From a virus, in the IMG/VR virus record IMGVR_UViG_3300037313_000197, positions 1 to 64,000 of that record: DNA of 64,000 nt; one strand, written 5' to 3'. Below, one piece after another: positions 50,633 through 57,505 of the stretch (within the stretch, counting starts at the first letter, position 1; each line of letters begins with the position of its first letter). The notes under the pieces are model-generated. The model made no database searches. It had not been told where the DNA came from and saw nothing but the letters and a program-made list of their open reading frames with translations. The position numbers and the translations under genes are program-made.

Positions 50633-50935
50633 CTACTTGCCTGTCGTGATCTGTCGACGGCTCCGACGCACCGGCTCCGGTGCCGGGTGAAGAGCCATGT
50701 CGATGCCCTTCGCCATGTGGAGCATGGCAGCCGTGGCCTCTCGCTTGGACCGGCCGAGGTTCTCGGTCAGGTAGCGGGTACCCTTGCGGTCGGTGATGCG
50801 GCACGTGTACCCCTCGGTGCTGTTGCCGAAGTAGAGGTTCCAGTTCTCTGCGTCCCTGACCCCCGCCTCGTCCGCAGCCTCCTTCAGCGTCTCGAAAGCC
50901 GACTTGACATCTTCGTTTGTGATGCGCTCGGACAT
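50633..50935 (-). CDS. cassette gene family B, copy 2
   Basis: MSERITNEDVKSAFETLKEAA...GNSTEGY...LGRSKREA. Confidence 0.75.
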   Translation of the reverse strand: MSERITNEDVKSAFETLKEAADEAGVRDAENWNLYFGNSTEGYTCRITDRKGTRYLTENLGRSKREATAAMLHMAKGIDMALHPAPEPVRRSRRQITTGK

Positions 50936-51066
50936 GTATTCTCCTTTGCTCGTCTCCCCCGGTTCGGGTCTTGCTGTTCTTGGTGACATTCCAAGAGTCC
51001 CATATATCGGCGGTATGTCAAGCGGAACACAACCCTCAGGGTAATGACTTCCCCCGGAGGGGAGGC

Positions 51067-51234
51067 TTAGAGCCTGACCGTCACCGGTCTTCCTGTGTCC
51101 CTATACACAGTGACAGTGTGTTCCTTCGTGGTGACCGTAGAGACCCCGAGCCACACGTCAAGCGCCGTGAGCGCGCTGATAGCGACCCACAGAACAGCCT
51201 TCTTGATGGAGCGTGTACCCTCGTTGTCCTGCAT
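51067..51234 (-). CDS. cassette gene, small TM protein
   Basis: MQDNEG...AVLWVAISALTALDVWLGV. Confidence 0.55.
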   Translation of the reverse strand: MQDNEGTRSIKKAVLWVAISALTALDVWLGVSTVTTKEHTVTVYRDTGRPVTVRL

Positions 51235-51360
51235 GGCCGACTCACCTATACCCCTGTCTCGGAAAAACCTCACATAGAGGATCTAACTCTCATTTCGCCC
51301 ATATGTCAATAGATGAAATACCCTCAGGGTTGTGAGACTTGACCCCGAAGGGCCAGATGG

Positions 51361-51576
51361 TTAACGCTTGTTGTAGTCCTCGTGGGCACGGTCCAGACTG
51401 TTGAAGTAGTGACCCCACGACCAGTCCTTGTCCTCTACCGCCGACACTACAGCCGTCACGTATTCGAAACCAGAGTCACTAAACTGCGACTTCTTGACCC
51501 CGAAGATGACCAGACCATCATTCTTCGAACCGTAGGGACGGTGAGCGATGATCGTAAAGCCGTTGACCTTGTCCAT
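51361..51576 (-). CDS. cassette gene, hypothetical
   Basis: GGAGG RBS; MDKVNGF...WSWGHYF. Confidence 0.7.
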   Translation of the reverse strand: MDKVNGFTIIAHRPYGSKNDGLVIFGVKKSQFSDSGFEYVTAVVSAVEDKDWSWGHYFNSLDRAHEDYNKR

Positions 51577-51727
51577 GGTTTCCTCCATGTTGTTCCGGTT
51601 GATATAGCCAATATTACCGGACATAAAACAGGTGTCAAGCCAAAACATAACCCTGAGGGTAACTTATACCCTAAGGGTTTATCAATTTGCAAGAAAAGCC
51701 CACCATCAGGTAGGCTCCCCTGCTTCA

Positions 51728-52228
51728 CTAGTGAGTGTAATCAACAATGACAATCTCAGCGTTAGTGTTGAAATACACATTTCCTTCATGGATATCGGTG
51801 ATATCGGTAACCTTGGAAATGCCAGCCATCATTTCTTTAACGGAAGGATCACACCAGAATTCATCCCAGCCAAATCCATACCAAAGAACATTTCCAGCAC
51901 ACGGCTCGTATTCCATAACGAGAACGTTGGAATCTGTAAAGAATTCAACGCACTTAGCAAGGCGCACCATTCCATTTGAAAGAGCAACAACTTCTGCTCC
52001 CCAAAGATGGAACTGCTCCCATTCTGTGGTGTTCTCCTGCCATAGTCCCTCAGTGTTGTGCTGCACCTTGTACACGTATCCATCAGGAGCAAGAATTGCC
52101 GTCCTATATGCACCCGCGCCCAAAAACTTCCAGCCGTCAGGGAGCGCGTAGGTGTCCGTATCCTCATCGTAGTTGCAAGGCTGGATCAGTTCCCTTGCAA
52201 GTTCTGCTGTGTTTTCGCTCGGTTTCAT
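51728..52228 (-). CDS. minimal protein-kinase-like protein
   Basis: LGAGAYR Gly loop, VYKV lysine, VLVMEY hinge, DIHEGN catalytic loop, terminal IVDY. Confidence 0.75.
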   Translation of the reverse strand: MKPSENTAELARELIQPCNYDEDTDTYALPDGWKFLGAGAYRTAILAPDGYVYKVQHNTEGLWQENTTEWEQFHLWGAEVVALSNGMVRLAKCVEFFTDSNVLVMEYEPCAGNVLWYGFGWDEFWCDPSVKEMMAGISKVTDITDIHEGNVYFNTNAEIVIVDYTH

Positions 52229-52372
52229 GAGGGAATCTTGTCACATGTCCGATTTGTCTTGCAAGTCCGACACGCCCGATATTTACCCTGAGGGTAAATA
52301 AGTTTAGAAATACCCTGAGGGTATAGGAGGGTATGCCAAAATTACCCTTTCGGGTAACCTTGGGCTTGACTT

Positions 52373-52672
52373 CTACTTGCTGGTGGGGTCCAACTTCGAC
52401 CTCTCGATACCGGCCGCGTCACCGATCTTGTTCAGTTCAGCGAGCAACTTCGGACCGTTGAAGCGCTTGGCCTTGGACCAACCGTAGTTGCAGGCCATGG
52501 TTGCCTCCTGATTGCGGAGCATGCTACGACCGTGCTTCATGCGGAAGATCACGGCGTTGCGAAGCATGAGGAAGGCGTAGGTGTTGACCGACTCACGCCC
52601 GGTAATCATGAACCCTCCGTCACCCGTGGACTCGATGCCCTCGGTGGAAAGACGCTGCGGCTCGTTCGACAT
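52373..52672 (-). CDS. cassette gene, hypothetical
   Basis: Promoter TTGACG-17-TAGATT; RBS. Confidence 0.7.
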   Translation of the reverse strand: MSNEPQRLSTEGIESTGDGGFMITGRESVNTYAFLMLRNAVIFRMKHGRSMLRNQEATMACNYGWSKAKRFNGPKLLAELNKIGDAAGIERSKLDPTSK

Positions 52673-52885
52673 TTTTCTTGCTCCTTGCTCGGTGGTTGAT
52701 ATGGATAAATCTACGCCTGTTTTGAAGAGTCGTCAAGCCCTAATTACCCGTGTGGGTAATGGCCGTTTCGGTGTTTTCCCTGAGGGTAATAATCCCCTGA
52801 GGGTAAGTGTTTACCCTTTACGATGAGATGCAAAAGAGCCAGAATTTGATAAAGGAAAAGGGCACCCTTTCGGATGCCCTTTCCT

Positions 52886-53595
52886 TTAATCCTCGTCTAT
52901 GCTTCTCTCCTGCTGATTCATCAAATCAACAATCTGAGCAGCAAAGATGGTCTGACGCAGGTAAGTCTTATTCCCCTTGTCATCGCCCTTTTCCAAATCC
53001 ATCTGCCAGAATTCCATCATGTGTTTGATTACCTTCCACATGATTGCCTGATATACATAACCACCACGCGTCATGTAATAGGCGAACTCTGCTGGCTTGA
53101 AATCGAGCCTATTGAAAACTTCAAGGAACCGACCTGCCGTGCGCTCTTCGTATGACTTTGCCATGGAGCCTCCCTTTAGTTGGCTACCGGCGTGACCTTC
53201 TGAGCACCGTGGTAGGTCAAGACTACAGCATCGTTGCAGGTGTGTCCAACGAGTGAGTAGCCACAGTTCATGCAGGCACCCTTACCGTTGATCTTGTACG
53301 TCTTTCCATTGTGAGTATAGGAAAACATCTGGTCACGGTCATAGCGGTAGAAAGCGTCCGCGTACTGATTGACCTCGACCTCTTCGGTGACCGTCTTCTC
53401 AGTGTCCTTGGAAGGCTTCTTAGCGACCATCACGGTAGCCGTAGGCGCTCCCTTCGTCCGGAAGACCATACCGCCCTTCTTAGCCTCCTGAACAGCCTTC
53501 TTGGCTTCCAGAGACATGCGTCCACGTCCAGCCTTAGCAAGACCAAGGCTGATAGCGTAGTCCTTCTCAGTTCCATTGAACGGCTTCGTACTCAT
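52886..53595 (-). CDS. two-gene cassette (53176-53595 with GRGR motif and CxxC...H...C; 52886-53164)
   Basis: ORFs between promoter TGGACA-18-TAAACT and the hairpin at 52851-52887. Confidence 0.7.
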
Positions 53596-53776
53596 GTGAG
53601 TTAATGCTCCTTGCTTGGGTGGGTGATATAGCAGAGTTTATCCGGGTTCGTTGGGGAATGTCCAGATAGAATTACCCTCAGGGTTTTAATTACCCTGAGG
53701 GTTGAGGAAGGTAGTGCAAAATTTCCCTTTCGGGAAAAGTTGCTAGGCAGTTTTTTGACTTGCCTAGGTCAGTGAC

Positions 53777-54175
53777 TCACTCAGCCGACTCAGTGGCCGG
53801 AACGAGCGAGGCGAGGTCACCACGAGCGAACGCTTCCAGCACGGAGCGCTGCGGCATCCCACGCTCACCCACGCGGACACCAGCCTCACGAGCGGCCTCG
53901 CGAACCTCGCTGATGACGACGGTCTTGGAGAGCGGCGTCTTGCCACCCTTCGCGTTCGTCTTGAACGTCTTGACCTTGACCGTCTTGGGCTCGGCATAGC
54001 CGACCTCGTAACGGACGCCCCGGTTCGACTTCTCGAACTCTGCACGGATGGCCGGGTGCAGACGACCACGCTCGCCCACGCTGTAGTCCTTGGGAAGACC
54101 CTCGATCTTGGAGAGGTCAACACCCTTCGCCCAAGCACGGACGACGGACGCGGTGACGTTCTTCTTCGAAGCCAT
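53777..54175 (-). CDS. Lsr2-like protein with tandem DNA-binding domains
   Basis: VRAWA...VGERGRL...F and VREAAREAGVRVGERG...VLEAF resemble the Lsr2 C-terminal domain (IREWAR..G..VS.RGRIP..V..AY). Confidence 0.75.
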   Translation of the reverse strand: MASKKNVTASVVRAWAKGVDLSKIEGLPKDYSVGERGRLHPAIRAEFEKSNRGVRYEVGYAEPKTVKVKTFKTNAKGGKTPLSKTVVISEVREAAREAGVRVGERGMPQRSVLEAFARGDLASLVPATESAE

Positions 54176-54452
54176 GATGTTTCTCCTTCTGTCGTGGGGA
54201 AACCTTTCCCCTTGTTGGTTGTCTCTATCTTGCCTGACTTTGGAGAGACTGTCAAGACCCTTTTACCCTTCTGGGTATTTGTTTGTCGGTCTTGATTGCT
54301 CTTCTCTGTCGCTTACAAGTACAAAGTTACGCCTCATAACAACTACTGTCAACCGTTTCTTTTCCCTGAGGGTTATATCACTACATCTAGTACCCTGAGG
54401 GTAATTTACTACTACATATACCCTGAGGGTAATCTGCCAAACCCCGAAGGGC

Positions 54453-54892
54453 TCAACCCTCATCAGGTTCGAAAGGATTGACTTTTCCGTCCTTGGAAGC
54501 CTTGCGGAAGAATTCGTTTTCACGCTCTAGGCTCTTCTCGACCTCTTCTGACTCAGTTGGGATATACCCAACCCAAGCGATAAGATCGGACATGGCGTCG
54601 GCCGGAACGATGATGGTGATTGCTGGTGAAGTGAAAGACCTTGCTTCCACGTAGAAATCTCCATCTTCACGCTTGCGGAAGAACAGAGAATTTCCATTGT
54701 TCGACTCTATCCAGAAGTCATTCATCATGCCTCCCAGATACCGGTCCGGAGCATCATGCGCTCTCCTGCTCGGTTGTCACGGGTACGTGGTCCACGCATA
54801 CCGAGGCCGGTACGCTCACGATTGCTCATGATCTTGGACTCGTGACGGTTGAAACGCTTTGGGCTCTGAGCCCTCTTCATGTTCTTGTTCAT
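54453..54892 (-). CDS. two-gene cassette (54725-54892 basic 55 aa, leaderless; 54453-54728)
   Basis: Manual translation MNKNMKRAQSPKRFNRH...; ATGA overlap. Confidence 0.65.
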
Positions 54893-54976
54893 AAGAGGAT
54901 CATTTCATTCGTTCTTATGTCTGTCAAGAGATTTATTTCCCTGAGGGTATACCGGCTCCCCCGAAGGGGAGAACGA

Positions 54977-55288
54977 TCAGTCCTCGTTCCACTTGTAGAA
55001 TTCACGCTGCTGAGCCTTGAACCACTGCTCTGCTGCGTGCTGACTCGTTGCCTTCTGGTAATAGAGAAAACCTTGGTCGTTCTCCATGGTCGTGTACCAT
55101 GCAGGCTCGATTTGGTCGAGAGTGTCAGCCAGACCGGCATCATCCAGAACGTCAAGAAGAATGTCTCGGTCTGTGGACATGTCGATGATGGAGAAGAATC
55201 CCGTAGGAGATTCCACATTACCGTCCGACTGGTTCGCCCAGCCAGCGGAGATGATCGCCTTGAACGCGTTGTCAATGTCTCTGCTCAT
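54977..55288 (-). CDS. cassette gene, acidic hypothetical (leaderless)
   Basis: MSRDIDNAF...DGNVESPTGFF; TTGACA-17-TAGATT. Confidence 0.7.
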   Translation of the reverse strand: MSRDIDNAFKAIISAGWANQSDGNVESPTGFFSIIDMSTDRDILLDVLDDAGLADTLDQIEPAWYTTMENDQGFLYYQKATSQHAAEQWFKAQQREFYKWNED

Positions 55289-55385
55289 AACGATGAATCT
55301 ACTCCTACTAATAACGAGTGTCAAGAGGAGGTTACCCTGAGGGTATTGCCTCTGGCCTACCGGCCCATGATGGGGCGGTAGGTAT

Positions 55386-55628
55386 TCAGTTGTCTTGGCC
55401 GGTGTCGTAGGTATGAGCAGAAACCATACGTCCATGTCTGTTGACACCGTATCGAATCCACTGACCTTCCTTGAAATTCTCGATGAAGTGGTTCACCTGA
55501 GAATCACCCTCGGTACGTACCGGAGCACGTCCGTCAATGAAGTAGACCCAGAAGGTAGGATTCCCACTTGCAGAAACCCGACCTCTTTCTACTTTCTCGA
55601 TCCGTCCTGCATGGTATGTGATCTTCAT
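55386..55628 (-). CDS. cassette gene, possible OB-fold-like protein (leaderless)
   Basis: MKITYHAGRIEKVER...GNP.F.V.F; TTGACA-17-TAAATT. Confidence 0.65.
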   Translation of the reverse strand: MKITYHAGRIEKVERGRVSASGNPTFWVYFIDGRAPVRTEGDSQVNHFIENFKEGQWIRYGVNRHGRMVSAHTYDTGQDN

Positions 55629-55725
55629 AAGACAGAATTTACAGTGATAACCGATCCGTGTCAAGAGTAAATAACCCTGAGGGTAAAGTGCTCCTGAGCC
55701 TACCGGCCCGAAGGCCGGTAGTGTG

Positions 55726-56226
55726 TCAGGCGTCTTGGAAAGACTTCCCATTGTAGAGAACCCAAGCACTGTGACACTTGCACTGGTGTCCCTTGTACTT
55801 GATAATTCCACGCTTCGTCGTACGCTGCTTGACAAGCCTGTCCATGTGAGCCACAACATTGCCCGTGACAGAACAGGTAACAACGTAGTTGGCAGTTGCC
55901 TTCTTCGCTTCCACCTGAGCGGAGTTGCTTCGCTTGGTTCGGTTGGGAGACTGACCGAGTTCGATCATCTTCCTACGCCAGACGATTCCGTGACCGTGAC
56001 CGGCACCAACAAGAGCGTGTGCAATCTCGTGCATGACCGTAGCCATGAATTCGTCCTCTTCCGAGTTCTCCGTGAGAAACTTGGAGAAAGAGAGAGTCTT
56101 GTATCGGTACTGACAAAGACCGAAACGGTGTCGTGCGTTGTCCCACTGGAACACCCATCCCTGAGAGATGAGTCCGTGGTTCCTCATGGCTGTCTCTGCG
56201 AGGCGTCGTGCCTGTGTCGTGTTCAT
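55726..56226 (-). CDS. SprT-like Zn metalloprotease (leaderless)
   Basis: RFGLC.Y, TVMHEIAHA, HG.VW motifs. Confidence 0.85.
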   Translation of the reverse strand: MNTTQARRLAETAMRNHGLISQGWVFQWDNARHRFGLCQYRYKTLSFSKFLTENSEEDEFMATVMHEIAHALVGAGHGHGIVWRRKMIELGQSPNRTKRSNSAQVEAKKATANYVVTCSVTGNVVAHMDRLVKQRTTKRGIIKYKGHQCKCHSAWVLYNGKSFQDA

Positions 56227-56344
56227 GTAGACAAAGGTAGTTATTAACGGCCATGTTGTCAACGATAAATTACCCTGAGGGTAGAGGCCGGGTAAAGTGA
56301 AAGGGTCACAGGTAGCGACCCTGTAACCCTTGGAAAGAATACGT

Positions 56345-56547
56345 CTATCCTCTCCCTATAGAAACCTCATCCGGCTACGGACCAGACAGGGGTAGCCATG
56401 GCATCCCTTTGGGAGTTGCACCCGTTTGGCTCCTATATTCACCCTGTTGAAAGTGTCTGGTTAAAGGTGTCTTACTCTGTATTCCCTGTAAGGCTCATCC
56501 TTTGGACTGGTTACCATTGGGCCAAGTTCCTCGTCTCACTTCCAACA
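56345..56547 (-). ncRNA. candidate structured non-coding RNA occupying a whole cassette
   Basis: Promoter TTGACA-17-TAGTGT; 11-bp stem starting at the predicted +1; T-loop-like GGG-TGCAACT-CCC; no ORF above about 28 codons. Confidence 0.6.
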
Positions 56548-56637
56548 ACACAAACACTAGTACTGAACATATGGTGTGTCAAACTCCCATTACCCTCAGG
56601 GTCGCCGGTAGAGAAATACCCTTGCGGGTATCCCCTC

Positions 56638-56742
56638 TCATACAGTACATATCAAGTATGCAATCAGTATGATAGGTGAAAGTATCACAAGGATGACCAT
56701 GGTATATACCACAATCACCATTCCAACAATGAAGTTGTTCAC
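56638..56742 (-). CDS. 34-aa hydrophobic peptide
   Basis: GGAGG RBS, GTG start, MNNFIVGMVIVVYTMVILVILSPIILIAYLICTV. Confidence 0.6.
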   Translation of the reverse strand: MNNFIVGMVIVVYTMVILVILSPIILIAYLICTV

Positions 56743-57216
56743 TGTGTCCTCCCATAGAGTCGGTATCTCACCCTACCACTCTACCGGCCCAACTCTTTAC
56801 CCTCAGGGTATCTTCTACTAGTAGGGAAAACCCTCAGGGTATCTTCGCCGGTGTAGAAACAACAAACCAAACATGATAATCGTTTCTACTAGTAGAAAAC
56901 ACCCTATTACGATGGAGACCCTACATCACCGAATTTGTCTCTATTACGATGGCGAGGCTAGATCACCGATTTTTAGCATTTTTGCGGCATTTTTGGCTGT
57001 TTTGAGCCTCATTTGCGTAAAAATCAGCATATTTTAGCCGTATTTAAGCCTTTTATATACTGTCGCCATATCACTTCATATTAGTGTTATCTTGACAGGC
57101 CACATTTATTTCCTTTGTCATCGACATTTAGTGAAGCATATACCTTCATTTGGGCTCAATGAAGGCTATACCTTCATCATCCTATCTGTCTACATGGACA
57201 TAAGGTACTAGGGTCT

Positions 57217-57348
57217 TTACTCTTTGTTTTCTACTAGTTGTTCTTCTAGGAGATTTTGGGAGTTTACATACCGGGCCTCTACATACCGGCGAATTTCTCT
57301 TACTTCTTCCAGTAGTTCTTGGAGAAGTTCTTCCTGAGTCTTCATCAT
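57217..57348 (-). CDS. 43-aa coiled-coil peptide
   Basis: Manual translation MMKTQEELLQELLEEVREIRRYVEARY...; more protein-like than the overlapping track ORF 57182-57421. Confidence 0.55.
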   Translation of the reverse strand: MMKTQEELLQELLEEVREIRRYVEARYVNSQNLLEEQLVENKE

Positions 57349-57505
57349 CGTATTCTACTTCTTCGTATTCTACGTATAGGGGGATTCCATACCAAAGATT
57401 ATTGTGGCTAAGTAGTTCCATACCTACCGGCCCCTTTCTTGAAATCCCCCTAGGAGTTTAATCTCCTACTACCAGTTTACACCCGGCAGTATACGTAGGC
57501 AACTA

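Larger units (their letters stand above)
45761..55721 (-). terminator. family of GC-rich UNCG-loop hairpins ending the cassettes (consensus GGCCC-TTCG-GGGTC)
   Basis: Examples: 45761, 46302, 46585, 46788, 47080, 47417, 48092, 48591, 48894, 49286, 49650, 50070, 51341, 54440, 54956, 55700. Each sits at or just after a stop codon. U-tails are often short. Confidence 0.8.
45728..56839. repeat. dispersed palindrome TACCCT(C/G)AGGGTA, about 42 copies, one or more per cassette
   Basis: CCCTNAGGG cores start at 45730, 45788, 45847, 46286, 46566, 46750, 46768, 47060, 47388, 47679, 47714, 48073, 48441, 48571, 48876, 49267, 49631, 49960, 49978, 50009, 50051, 50560, 51033, 51321, 51651, 51669, 52286, 52313, 52778, 52795, 53675, 53693, 54364, 54393, 54421, 54939, 55335, 55675, 56273, 56593, 56800, 56831. 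Confidence 0.95.
45814..56973. repeat. 30-bp bipartite repeat TTACGAWGG-N8-SATCACCGAWTTT, four copies
   Basis: 45814-45843, 50021-50050, 56907-56936, 56944-56973; left half-sites also near 45873, 47757 and 52819. Confidence 0.85.

Noticed and set aside
56345-56547. Cobalamin riboswitch, tmRNA or canonical tRNA
   Set aside because: AGGGAA and GGTGCAACTCC are present, but the spacing, the B12 box, tmRNA termini and a cloverleaf are not supported. Kept only as an unclassified ncRNA candidate.
45728-56839. CRISPR array
   Set aside because: The repeats are only 9-19 bp and are separated by whole genes at irregular distances of about 20-900 bp. No cas genes are present.
45728-56839. Classical integron with attC sites
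   Set aside because: No tyrosine recombinase in the window, no consistent RYYYAAC/GTTRRRY cores seen, and each cassette has its own promoter, unlike most integron cassettes.
45728-56839. L5-type stoperators
   Set aside because: Stoperators are asymmetric, oriented and spread through genes. This motif is palindromic, intergenic and phased to -35 boxes.
57182-57421. Track ORF of 79 aa
   Set aside because: The alternative frame 57217-57348 gives a more plausible coiled-coil protein.
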